Below are positions 32,853-44,353 of a stretch of DNA of 64,000 nucleotides, in pieces. Positions within the stretch are counted from its first letter, which is position 1. Each line of letters opens with the position of its first letter. The DNA lies in NCBI RefSeq assembly GCF_000142905.1, contig NW_013657643.1:142054-206053 (forward strand), read 5' to 3'. A model generated the notes under the pieces. The model was not told the origin of the DNA. It ran no database searches and was given only the letters and a program-made list of their open reading frames with translations. The DNA is from Thecamonas trahens ATCC 50062 (Eukaryota > Protista > Apusomonadida). A program made the position numbers and the translations under genes.

Positions 32853-33047
32853 AGATCGTCGTACAACCACGAGACCCTTGCCTCGCCATAAACCCAACCA
32901 TAGACGCACGCACCAATGAAAAAGCCGCTTTACGTTCCACTTGAAACAACCGACTACATAGATGTAGCTGGCACGGGGCGGTGATGGGCTGCTTCACCAC
33001 GTCGTGGTCAGCCCCGCATGGCCATGCGATAGATGAACACCGCCTGC

Positions 33048-33890
33048 TCACGGTTTGATGTGGTTCGTCTTGACCGAGTACACAACCACCTCATCAAGGA
33101 GGTAAGTCTCGTCGAAATGGAAAAAGGTGACTTCAGCGTGGATGAACGGCTGGCCATCGGTGTCGACGAGGAACGACGTCACCTCCGAGGTGGCGAAGCG
33201 CCCGCCGGTGGTGACCACCAGCGAGGTGTCGAATCGGGCCTGCGACCACTGGGCCATAATTCCGCGCGCGTACGCCACGAATGCGTCCTTGTCATAGCCC
33301 TGCCCGTAGACGTCGATCGAGGCATCGGCGGCGAGAACAGCGCCGAGCGCGGCCGGATCGCGGTCGGCCCAGGCCTTGAAGAACTCGGCGATGCTGTTGG
33401 CCATGGCCGTGGTGTTGGCAGTCGGCGGGATCGGCGGGTACTCTTCCCACCGGGTAATGAGGCCGGACTTGGTGTCGGCGATGATGACAGCCCAGTACGA
33501 CTCGTCAACAAAGGCGAGCGGAGCGTCTGGCGCCGAGCTCGAGGTTGTGCACGCGAGGCCGACGTCGATGCCAATGGCACACAACTCGTCGTTGCCCGAG
33601 GCAGGGGCAATAGCAAACGGGCGGATGTAGATGCCTGGACACGACTCGTAGAAGGCCTTGAACTTGGCAATGGTCGTCGATGTGTTGTACTCGACGCCGC
33701 CAAACATAGAAGTCACATCGTCAGCAAACATGTCGAGCACCATCGTCGGCGACGGCCCGGACTCGGCGTGGAACGCCGCCACCGCCGCCTCGCATCCTGC
33801 ATGGCTCGCTGCCGCCCGCCCCGCCATTCCCATAACTTCCACAACCACCACCATCACCAGAAGCAGAACACTCACTACAGTCGGAGACAT
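33048..33890 (-). CDS. Secreted protein with tandem SnoaL/NTF2-like domains
   Basis: Hydrophobic signal peptide; VAAFHA..VLDMFADDV..GLITRWEEY and IAEFFKAWADRDPAALGAVLAADA..FHFDE. Confidence 0.7.
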   Translation of the reverse strand: MSPTVVSVLLLVMVVVVEVMGMAGRAAASHAGCEAAVAAFHAESGPSPTMVLDMFADDVTSMFGGVEYNTSTTIAKFKAFYESCPGIYIRPFAIAPASGNDELCAIGIDVGLACTTSSSAPDAPLAFVDESYWAVIIADTKSGLITRWEEYPPIPPTANTTAMANSIAEFFKAWADRDPAALGAVLAADASIDVYGQGYDKDAFVAYARGIMAQWSQARFDTSLVVTTGGRFATSEVTSFLVDTDGQPFIHAEVTFFHFDETYLLDEVVVYSVKTNHIKP

Positions 33891-34195
33891 GCTCAACAAG
33901 CGGGTGAGGTGGGGACTGTGGGAGGGGGGGGGGGGGGGGCTTTGACGGTCAGCCGAAAGGGGAAAAAAAAGCCAGAGTAGCTAGCTGCGGGCAGAAACTC
34001 CGGCCACCAAACCAACCCAGTCGCCGGTGAATGAGGCGGGGCGGGCGGGGCGAATGACGGCGAGTGTGGCGAACAGGCGCGAGCAGGCGAGTTTCCCGCC
34101 ACAGCGCAGAACACCACCGCGGCAGGCGGTGATTCCAGACACGCACCTTCTGGTGGTGGTACCACCCAACTCAGCCCACACCCAACTTGACACAC

Positions 34196-36976
34196 ATGGC
34201 CAAGGGCAGGTCGCGTAAGAAGAAGCGCACCTCGTCAGAGAGCCCCCCTCGGAGGCGGCGGCGGCGGCGGTCGAGCAGCAAGGGCAGGCGGCGGCGCAAG
34301 TCGTCGAACAACAGCAGCGGACGGAGCAGAGGCGGGCGGGAGCGCAAGCGGAGGCGCAAGCGAAAGGTGGCGGTGAGCGTGTCGGATCTGGAGAGTGATA
34401 GCCCGGACATCATCCCCAACGCCCATGTCCAGGTCGCAGTGTATGCCGCCCGCGGCGGGGCGCTCGACAGCGGCAAGCGGAGCAAGCGCTATGCCGTCGA
34501 GATCCGCTACGGCTCGATCTCGTTCACCACACCCGATGAGCCTGTGCCGGTCTGGGGCGTGGCCACCAAGTTCCCGCTCGTCGCCGACGCACCGTACGTC
34601 GCATTTACCCTCTTTGCCCTCCCGCGGCAGCACCGCGGCGAGTCCGCCACCGCCACCGCGCGCAAAGCCCTCGGCGCCGTCGCCTTTCCACTTGGTCGCC
34701 TCTCGCTCGGCGTCTCGACCCGCAAGTGGTGCAAGCTCAAGCGGGCGTCGGGCGAGCCGACGGGCTACGAGCTCAAGATCGGGCTGCGTCTCGAGCACGA
34801 GCTTGCCAACGAGCTTGCCGCCGAGCCATCGGCCGCCCGCCGCCGCTTCCTCCTCGGCATGCAGGCCGCCGAGGCCGTCGAGGGCTACGAGCGAGTCTCG
34901 GTCTCTGACGACGACGCGCTCGATGCTCTCCTGCACAAGCGCTCCATCCAGGCCGTCCTACAGTACCGCGACGAGCTCGAGCTGCAAATCGATGGCTCCG
35001 AGGAGCGCACCACCACTGAGGTCCTGGTTGCGCTCCTCAACTTTCGCTCCGTCCAAGCCCTCACCATCATTATTGGCGCGCCAGTCCTTGCTCCGCTCTT
35101 ATGGCTCGCCATCTTGCTGTGGGCACTCGGCTACGCGCTCGACTCGGCACTCGCCTCGTGTAATCTCTCCCTCTTTGCATGCGTCCCTCAGTGGTGCAAG
35201 TCGACGAGATGCTTCTCGCGTGGCTGCTGCCCTGGCCTCCGCCCGTCGCGCGGCCGGCGCTCCTCACTCGCCTCGGCCCACCGAACCGGTGACCTGGAGG
35301 CCGCCACCCTCTCGGCCACCGTCTTGACCCTCCCGTCCGATGACTCGGGCTGGGGTGGCTCGTACTCGTCGGTCCTCCGGTCCTCGACTACCTCGCGCTA
35401 CCTCACCAGCGATGGAGCAGACTACTCGGAAGCGCAAGAGTCGAGCTCATGCTCGGATGGCAGCGATGCCGGCAAGGGCTCCAGCAAGCGCAAGTGGCAC
35501 CAGCCGCTGCAGTTTGTCGTCTCGCCCGACCAGCCGACCGTCCACTCGTACTGGGCCAAGCATGGCCTCCTCACCACTTTTGTGACGTGGTGGCTCCTCC
35601 CGGTCCCGACAATGGCACTTGCCTCGCTTGCCGTCTACGCCGCCCGCACCCGTGACGTCGGCGTCTCACTCACCGAAGTTCTCCAGCCACTCGCCATGTA
35701 CGTCCTCCTTGTTGCCGTCCTCATCGCCCTCGCCAACCATGGCTTCTTTGTCTACGTCCTCGGTCAGAACGAGTCGGACAAGCTCCTCGAGACCTATGCC
35801 CGCAAGATGGCATACCTAGAGGACTCGCTCGCCCGCGCCCGTGCCGCGTACCCCTCGCCGCCGCCGTCCAACTGCGCCGACTATGCCTACAATAGCAGTG
35901 ACGGCGACGACGACTCGAGCTACAGCGACGATGACGACGATGACTCGGAGCAAGCAGAGGTCGAGGTCGAGCTGGCCACCCCTCGCCGCCGACGTGATCT
36001 CTCGCGCGCCGAGATCCTGACGCTGGTCCAGGCCGACCAGCAGACCGCCACCAACGAGACGGTTGCGTACCGGCTCTTTGCGCAGATCTGCGACGCTGTT
36101 GCGGTGGTGCGCAGACCGGCGTTTGTCGCTGGCGTCAGCGCTGCTGCCTTTGTCCTTGCCTTTGTGCAGGGATTCATCGCGCCCATGTACCGCATGGCCA
36201 AGCGCAATGCCGGCGTCTCGGCATCGACCTCGTTTGGAGGCGGCAGTGGCAACGCCGCCGACCACGTCCTCGTCGCATTTGCCGTTTACTCCGGCTTTGT
36301 CGTCCCGTTTGTCGGCCTGGTCATCCTCGGCTACCACGCCGGTGCGTACTACGAGCACGTGGCGCGGATGGGTCTCTTCCACCGCATCACCTCTGCGGCG
36401 TCACCGTTTGTGGTTGGCCGCTCACGGCGCAAGTGGCAGCTGCACCTTGACAGCCAGCGCAACCTCCAGCTTTGGCTCAAGGTCAAGGAATACCTCGCGC
36501 TGGCCAAGGGCGAGCTCGTTTCGGCCGCACTCACCCCAATGGTCGGCTCGGTTCTTGTCGCCTGGGTCGTCGTCACCGTCTTTACCGTCTTCCGCATCCT
36601 CATCGTCACCTCGACCCTCGACGAGCTCGCCGTCGTCTCCATCTTTACCTCGCTCTGGCTCACTGTCTCCTTCTTTGCCTTTCTCTCGGCAGGCATCAAG
36701 CTCAACGACGTCAAGGATGCCCAGCGCGACTTTCTGCACATGCAGCAGCTCGTGGTCCAGACCCGCAAGCTTGACGCCACAGACGCAGAGTCCCAGTCGG
36801 CCCTCTCGCGCCTCGTCCAGTCCATGGCCGAGCACGCCTCCTGGCTCTCACACACTCCGCCCGAGACCCTTGCCGGCGTCCCGCTCACCGCCCTCGTCCG
36901 CAACAAGCTCCTCGGCGTCGTCGGCACCGCCCTCACCTTTTGCCTCGCCAAGCTCCTCGATCAACGCGGCAGCTGA
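34196..36976 (+). CDS. C2 domain + multi-pass membrane protein with PHTF/7TM ion-channel (GR/OR-like) type C-terminus
   Basis: C2-like VQVAVYAARG..PVWG..LGAVAFPL..RKWCKL. TM region with LFHRITSA..LHLDSQRNLQLWLKVKEYL and terminal TLAGVPLTALVRNKLLGVVG..AKLL. Confidence 0.65.
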   Translation: MAKGRSRKKKRTSSESPPRRRRRRRSSSKGRRRRKSSNNSSGRSRGGRERKRRRKRKVAVSVSDLESDSPDIIPNAHVQVAVYAARGGALDSGKRSKRYAVEIRYGSISFTTPDEPVPVWGVATKFPLVADAPYVAFTLFALPRQHRGESATATARKALGAVAFPLGRLSLGVSTRKWCKLKRASGEPTGYELKIGLRLEHELANELAAEPSAARRRFLLGMQAAEAVEGYERVSVSDDDALDALLHKRSIQAVLQYRDELELQIDGSEERTTTEVLVALLNFRSVQALTIIIGAPVLAPLLWLAILLWALGYALDSALASCNLSLFACVPQWCKSTRCFSRGCCPGLRPSRGRRSSLASAHRTGDLEAATLSATVLTLPSDDSGWGGSYSSVLRSSTTSRYLTSDGADYSEAQESSSCSDGSDAGKGSSKRKWHQPLQFVVSPDQPTVHSYWAKHGLLTTFVTWWLLPVPTMALASLAVYAARTRDVGVSLTEVLQPLAMYVLLVAVLIALANHGFFVYVLGQNESDKLLETYARKMAYLEDSLARARAAYPSPPPSNCADYAYNSSDGDDDSSYSDDDDDDSEQAEVEVELATPRRRRDLSRAEILTLVQADQQTATNETVAYRLFAQICDAVAVVRRPAFVAGVSAAAFVLAFVQGFIAPMYRMAKRNAGVSASTSFGGGSGNAADHVLVAFAVYSGFVVPFVGLVILGYHAGAYYEHVARMGLFHRITSAASPFVVGRSRRKWQLHLDSQRNLQLWLKVKEYLALAKGELVSAALTPMVGSVLVAWVVVTVFTVFRILIVTSTLDELAVVSIFTSLWLTVSFFAFLSAGIKLNDVKDAQRDFLHMQQLVVQTRKLDATDAESQSALSRLVQSMAEHASWLSHTPPETLAGVPLTALVRNKLLGVVGTALTFCLAKLLDQRGS

Positions 36977-37453
36977 CCAGCCGCATCTACGTGTCAGCCA
37001 CATCCCAGCCAGCTGTCAAACGTCCGCCCTCACCCCGCCTTTACCCGCACCACCTCGACCGATGCGCCATCGCTCCGGTCCGCCAACTCTCTGCCCAATC
37101 TATACACTGCCCGGCCTCCAGCACACTTCACCGCTCTAGCCGTGCCTCGGAACCCCCACTTCCGCTCCATCTCGACCACTTCTGTCCCGCTGCTATACAG
37201 ACGCAACGAGATGTCATCCGAATGACGTGTTGACACGAAGATCTGCCGGGACACCCCCACCGAATGGGACAAATTTCATGACCAATGTGCCACAACGGCA
37301 CGAGATGTTCGGTACGGTCGCCCGCAAGCCGCGGGACCACCACCTCCACCACCTCCACCGCTAAACGATCCACCTCTCGCTCTCCCCACGCCACCTTCTT
37401 CCCCACCGCTACCACCCCCACCGCTACCACCCCTGCCCCTACCACCACCACCC

Positions 37454-40400
37454 ATGTCAGCCCTTCTTATTACCGCCATGGTCGTCGTCGTCCTCTGCTC
37501 GGCCCAACAGCTCGGAGCGCAGACGACCAGCTCACCTTACACAGACTCGCCCACTGTGGTCATAGACGTACTGACCGGTGACCCGTTTGCCATTGCTGCT
37601 GCCGACTTTGACCTTAATGGCTACACCGATGTGGCGTACTGCACCATTGGCACAATCCTGTTCAGCACGGACGAACTGTATGTGACCACTACCGATGCCA
37701 CGGGCGTTTGGTCGCGCCACCAAGTCGACTCAAGCCTCCAGCCTTGTACTGCCCTTGCCGCAGGCATGGTCAACGGTGACGGGTACCCGGACCTGGTCAT
37801 GTCCGATGAGAACAACAACGTTTTTGTCTACCTCAATGATGCAGGCACCGGCTGGGATTTTACCGGGCCGACCTCGCCGCTGCCAGCTACGCCAGACGTG
37901 AGCTACATTCGCATCGCTCTCGTCGATGCTGACGCAAACAACGACGTGGTCATCTGCTCAGAGACACGCCCGCGGCTGCCGCTGGTATGCTGGCAACGGC
38001 GCCGGGGGCTTTTCCACCCCAGCCTCCTCGTTGGTTGCCGCATACCCGGCAGGTCACACGGCGGCCGCACTCATCGACATGGACGGCGATTCGGATCTTG
38101 ACATGGTCATCGCCGGCAGGGACGCTTCGCTTGCCGCAGTCCTCGACTATGCCGCCAATGACGGCTCCGGCAACTTTGCCGTCATCCGCCTTGCCACAGG
38201 CACCGCCGTCGCTATGCGGGCTCTCGCCACGCCGCGTCTCGAGGCGGCTTCCCCGCACCGCTCGGTCCTCGCCGTGGTCGGCAACACCGCGCTGCTGGTA
38301 GTCAACTCTGGAGGAGTCTGGGCTACAAGCCCTGTCCCATCCGGCAAGCTCGGGAGTGGGCTCCTCGCCGTCCGCGGCTACACCGCCGACATCAACGACG
38401 ATGGCTGGGACGACGCCATCGTTGCCACTTCGGGTAGTGCTGGCCTCTTTGCCTTTGTATCCAACCGCGCGGGTGGCTTCTATGCACCTTTCACGCCCAA
38501 TAGTGACTTTGTAGGCGCAACAACTCTCGCCATCGCCGACTTTGACAAGGACGGCGAGCTTGACGTCGCCGGCGCGTCGGCCGGCAACAGCATCGTCGCC
38601 TTTGTGTCGGGCACCTTTGCCGCCGGCATCGACATCGGCCCCGCCAAGCCGGCCGTAATCACCATTGACGACGCCGTCACGTCGGCCTTGGTCCTCCTCG
38701 CAGGCGACGTCGATGCCTCCGGCTCAGTCGACCTTGTTGCCGTTGCCGAGTCTGGTGAGGTGACCTGGTACGCCAAAGACCGTGGGGCGGTCTCGTTCTC
38801 CGGACCGCTCGTCCTCGCTACCGCCGACGCCCTCGGGCCGTCGCTCGCCGATGCGGCGCTGGTCGACGTAACCGCCGATGCTGCCCTCGACCTGCTCGCA
38901 ATCTCATCCGCTGACGGCAACCTGCGCGTGGTGGCCGGCGGCGGCGGCGGCATTTTTGAGGCGCCGCGCACTATCGCCACCTCCCTCGCAGCCGGTGTGG
39001 CCTTCATTGTCTCTGACCTCAATGGCGATGTTTTCCCCGACGTCATCGTCGCCTCGGTCTCGTCCGTCGTTGTTCTGGTCAACAATCCGACCTCGCCAGG
39101 CACCTTTTCTGCGCCAGTCACGGTCACGTCTGCAGGCAGCAACTTTGTGTCCATGGTCCTCCTCCCGGGTGACGCAAGCCTCGTCGTTCTCGACGCGGGC
39201 ACAGCCGACGTCCTCCGCTTCCCCGTTGCACCCGCGCCAGCCTACTTTGGTGCCAGCTCCATTGTTGCTTCGGGCGTCGGTGCCGACGCAGTCGATCTTG
39301 TGCTCGTCGACTATGACGGAGATGGACTCGACGACTTGGCGTGGGGTACGGAGACCGGAGGCGTTGAAGTCCTTCTTGGGGTTGGGCCCGGAGCGTTTGC
39401 TGTTGCGCCGCTTGCGCCGGCGCCGCGGGCATCGATCGGTCCAGCTGCTGCCATTTCGCCGCATTCGCTTCTGGGAGATCGCATCCACGCCTCTCACGTG
39501 GCAGACCTGTTTTTCATCTCGGACGACTCGCTCGGCTGGCTGGTCAACATCGGGAGCGCCGGTGCGCCGACCACCCGCGAAGTCACTTGGTCGCTCGCTG
39601 CCCCGCTCTCAGCAGGTGCACCGATGGACATCAATACCGATGGCTACTTTGATCTGGTCTGGGTCTCGGCCGGTGATGGCCTCCAATGGGCACCGTCTGT
39701 CCCAACGCTCTCGGCTTACCCGTCAACTGCCTCCCGCAACCTCGTGTCGTCGCCGCCGCCCGAGTGCGGCGGTGTCCAGGCCACGTTTTCCTGCCTCTCG
39801 GCCATGATTGCCCACTCGCTGCAGGCCTGGCTTACCTTGCCCGGCCACATATCCACCTACTCGTCGTGCGCCCGCGCTCCAGGCAACCCAGGCTACCACC
39901 TCGTCGAGCGCTCTTTTACTCTTCATGGTGGCGGTGCAGTTGTAGACTGCGGCACGGCCGGTGGTGTGCTCTTCAAGGTCACCGGCTCGGGTGTCACACT
40001 CACCATCAACGGCCTCTCCGTCCGCCACGCCTCGTCGACTCTCGCCGCTACCTCGCCGCTGGCGGTCGGGCCGTCAGCCGCTCTCGTTCTCAATAACCTG
40101 GAGCTGGCCGAGTGCTCTGCACGCGCTGACTCGACGTCGGTCCTCGCCGGGCTCGGTGGCACTGTTCTTGTCGACACACTCGGCTCACTCACCGCGACTT
40201 TGGTTGTCTTTGCCAACAACACTGCCGCCGGAGGCGGTGGCGCTGTCGCTGTTATTGGAAGTTCAGCCAAGCTCACCCTCACCAAGTGCACACTCGACGG
40301 CAACGTCGCGTCGGGTGCGGTCGGGAGCTTTGGCGGCGGAGGCGGCGCCCTCCTTGTCCTCGGCTCGAGTTCGGTGACCACTATCACCAACTCGAGCTTT

Positions 40401-43400
40401 GCCAGCAACACCGCAAGCGCAGGCTCTGGTGGCGTCATCCTTGTCGATGCACCCGGCGCTGTTGTCTCGGCCGCCAGGACCGCGTTTGACCGCTCGTCGG
40501 CTCCCCTTGGCGCCGGTGGCGTGGCCTTGGTGACTAGAACCAGCCGTCTCACGCTCACTTTGGCTTGCACTGTCCGCGACTCCTCGGCTGCCTGGGGCGG
40601 AGCGCTCGCTGTTGCGCCGTCTGCTGGCTTCTTTCCGCAGGCCATTGTCTCGACCTCACTGAAAACAGCCTCAGGCACCGCATCAGCCGAGGTGCATCTC
40701 GGCGACACCGCTGTCCTTGCGTCGTCCGCAGCCTACGGTGGAGCGTTTTTTGCCTGTGATGGCGTCGTCAACGCCTCGCGCGCCACCCTCAGTGGGCCGC
40801 TGAGTGCCTCGATTGCCGGTGGCGTTGTCTTTGAGTGTCTTCCTCTCACTGGCGTCGTTGTCGAACTGCCGCAGTCGAGCCCAGCAGCGAGTGTGGGGGG
40901 TTATGGTCCGACGCGGGCAACGCCGCCCAACGCGATTGCTGTCATCGAACAGCTGGTGGCCAGTGTGCCGTCTGGTGGCCAGCTGGGTAGTGGCAAAGTG
41001 GTGCTCTCCGATGCATACGGCTCTGAGGCCAAGGATCCGGGCGTTCTCGTCCAAGGCGAGCTGGTTGCCAACTCGAACGCCGACATCTCCGGTCTCCAGC
41101 AGGGTGTCTCACTCGAGTCGGACGGTTCAGGCTTTTCGCTCGCTGGTGGAGCTGTCTCGGTGGTGACCTGGAGCGACGGCGATGACATCAACGTTGCTGT
41201 CGCTCTCGAGGTGACGCTCAAGGGTTCATCTACGGCGTCGCCGGTTTACGTCTCCACCACCATCACGGCGTGTCCGGTCAACTGGGGCCGTGCTACCGAG
41301 GTTGGCCGGCCGCTTGTCTGCTCGCCGTGTGGCGACAGCCAGTACTCGGACGAGCTCTCGGTCGCACCGTGTCTTGTCGAGCTCACATGCGGTGGTGGTG
41401 CCGTGCCAATCGACGGCGAGTGTCGGCTCTGTCCGGCCAACACCATCCGCAGCGTCGCCTCCAACAGTTCGGATCCGGGTCCGTGCGAGTGTTTGCCGGG
41501 TTTCTGGACGCCGATGCTGGTGAACGACGTGGCCTGCATAGCTTGCCCAAGGGTGCATCATGCCAAGGCAGCAGCGCGGCTCCGGTCGCGCTGCCTGGCT
41601 GGTACCCGACCGGGCCAGTCGAGACTGGTGCGTTTTCAGAGTGTCCCGTCTCGAGCGCGTGCCTGTCAGGCACACTTTGTGACTCGGCGTACGAGGTCGG
41701 GTCCTACATGTGCAAGGACTGTGGGCCGGGCTCGCACCGGCTCTCGGACGGGTCGTGCGCAACTTGTCCGCCCGCCTCGATCGGGCTCTTTGTCTTTTCA
41801 TTGTCCTTGTTGCCATCTTTGCCGTTGTCGGCTTTCTGCTCTCGGCGTCGGCGTTTTCGGCGCATGACAAGGCTGTGTCATCGTCACACGCCGACCTCGC
41901 TCGCAACCGCGGCAAGAAGCTTGTCCCGTACTCGTTCTCGGTCATCCTTGTGTACCTGCAGATGCTCGGCATCCTGGGCGTGGCGCCGTTCAACTGGCCG
42001 TCCAAGCTCACTGCGGTCTTTTCCTCGTCCAACGTTGCCAACGTCGATGCCTCGTACTTTGCGATGGGCTGCACGCTCCGCTCGTTCTACCACCGCTACT
42101 TGCTCAACATTGGCGTGCCGTTTATGTTCGCTGTTGTAGCCGGCATCATGACCGCCGCCCGCGCACTCTGGACTGCCGTTCGGTCGCGGTCGACGGAAAA
42201 CAGCATGTACCAAGCGCAGCTCTCTAGCGGCACCTCGCTCTTTGCTATCCCGCTCCGCATGCTATTTGTCATCGGCCCGCTCCTCTACATTCCGCTGTGC
42301 AAGGCGACGCTCGTGTACTTTGACTGCACCCGGCTGCCCAACGCGAAGTGGTACCTGGATGCTGACTACTCGACCGAGTGTTTTGACACGCAGTGGTGGG
42401 CGCTCCTGCCTGTGGCCCTTGGCGCGTTTGTACTTTATGTGGCGGCGCTCCCGGCTCTCTTCTCGTTTCTCCTGTACACCAACCGGAAGCGACTCGACGC
42501 GCCGCTGACCATCATCCGGTATGGCCCGATCTACAACAGCTACCGCCGGTACTACTACTACTTTGAGCTTGTCTCGCTCGGCAAGCGACTCGCAATTGTC
42601 ACCGTCTCTCTGTTTTTCTCAGAGATGCCTGTCTGGCTGTTCATCGGCTTCTTCTCCATCTTTGGCTGTGCACTGTACATCCAGACCAGAACGCAGCCGT
42701 ACTTTCTTCCGCTCCACAACACGCTCGACAACTCGCTCAACATTGGCATTCTCGCTCTCCTTGTTGCCGGCGTCATGTACTGGGCCAACAACTTTCCCAA
42801 CAGTCTCACAGTTACGCTTGTCGACATGATCTCGGTCGGTGTTCTGTGCGCCTCCTTTGCTATTCTTGGCATGGCGTCAGTGCAAGAGATCCTCGCCAAC
42901 CGGCGCCGCAACATCATCACGCCCCAAGTTCCCGGGTCCGACGAGCGCGTCCTGGGCGTCCGCGAGGCCATCCTCTGGTCTGAGCTCAACAAGCACCTTT
43001 CGGACATCCGCGACTCGGCGCTCCGCACCACGCTCCACGACATCCACGACCAGCGCATCCACATCATTGCGCCACGGTCGTCGTCGACAGGCACACTCGC
43101 CTCAAACGGTGCCGCTGGCTCCGGGGCCGACATCCCGCTCACCGCCGGTATTTCGGCACACTCGTCGGCGTCGTCGTCGTCTTCGCTCTCGTCGTCTTCG
43201 CAAGTCGAGTCGTCCTCGTCACAGCTTCACGACGGGGACGGGGACGGGGACGATGTCGAGCTGGGCTACCACACCCAGCTGTCGAGCACGGTCAAGTCGG
43301 GCACGCCGCCTGATGACAATGGTGCGGGTGTGTCTCCTGGGCGGATATCGCTCGCCCAGCTCGGCGAGAACCTCAGCCATGGTCAGCCACACCGGCAGCC

Positions 43401-44313
43401 GTCGTTGTCGCCAAGGACGACTCGGTCACGACGCAACATTCACAGCATGGGGGGTCAGCGGTCGCATGTGCGGACTCACACGCGGCGTGGCTCCCACGAG
43501 CATCACGCCGGTTCCGGACACACGTGGCGTGGCTCCCACGAGCATCACGCCGGTTCCGGACACACGCGGCGTGGCTCCCACGAGCATCACGCCGGTTCCG
43601 GACACACGCCGCGTGGCTCCCACGAGCATCACGCCGGTTCCGGACACACGCGGCGTGGCTCACACGAGCATCACGCCGGTTCCGGACACACGCCGCGTGG
43701 CTCGCGTGGTGGCGCGCGTGCTGCTATCGCTCCGCTCAAGCTCGCTGCCGTTGCTAGTAAGCGAGCCGAGTCGCTGCAGCAGACCTCGTCACATGATGTG
43801 TCGCTCGAGCTGGGTGGTGACTCTTCGGAGAAGCTCACGCGGCGCGCGTCGATTGCGCACGACTCTCCGTTGGCAGCGGGCAAGATCGACGCCTTGGTAT
43901 ACCGGCCACTCTCGCACCGCGACCCGCCAAGTCGGAGGCACTACCCCGAGCTTGATTCCGAGTTGACGCGAGTAGCTAACTCGGGCTCGTCTCTTGCACC
44001 TGGGCCTGGCAGCGGGCAGCGAGCGGCGACAGCGTCTATGCCACATGGGGTTGGGGGCGGGCGGCGGCGGCGCAAGGCCCATGGCTCATCGGCATTCAAG
44101 CGGCAAGCAACCGAAGGCTCGCTCTCCAAGGCGCGGAGCCGTGAGCACGACCAAGGTACTGAAAGCAGCAAGCGGCATGCGCGGCGGCGGCGGACGCGGC
44201 GATCGGCTCATGGGCTGACGTCGCCGTTTGGCGCCGGACCATCGACCGAGCTCGACGACGTGGTAGAAGCGTTTGTGCGGTCGCGGTCAGAGATGCTACA
44301 GCAAGTTGAATGA
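37454..44313 (+). CDS. Giant surface receptor-like protein: signal peptide, FG-GAP repeats, GGA-repeat beta-helix, Cys-rich repeats, multi-TM (TRP-C-like) domain, disordered tail; three frameshifts
   Basis: Consecutive ORFs 37454-, 37926-, 41270- and 41710- join at about 37965 (+1), 41550 (-1) and 41797 (-1). ADFDLNGYTDV, DMDGDSDLD, DFDKDGELD repeats; FANNTA..GGGAV; CECLPGFW; YLQMLG, WYLDADYSTEC, YGPIYNSY..YFELV, QPY. Confidence 0.82.
43477..43704 (+). repeat. 42-bp coding tandem repeat (HTRRGSHEHHAGSG) x5.4
   Basis: Unit cacacgcggcgtggctcccacgagcatcacgccggttccgga, near-identical copies. Confidence 0.95.
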
Positions 44314-44353
44314 AGAATCCGCTATGTGGGGAGTTCGTTGTGTAGTGTTTAGC

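Noticed and set aside
43477-43704. Regular repeats as a possible CRISPR array
   Set aside because: Head-to-tail in-frame coding repeats with no unique spacers, no cas genes, and a eukaryotic context.
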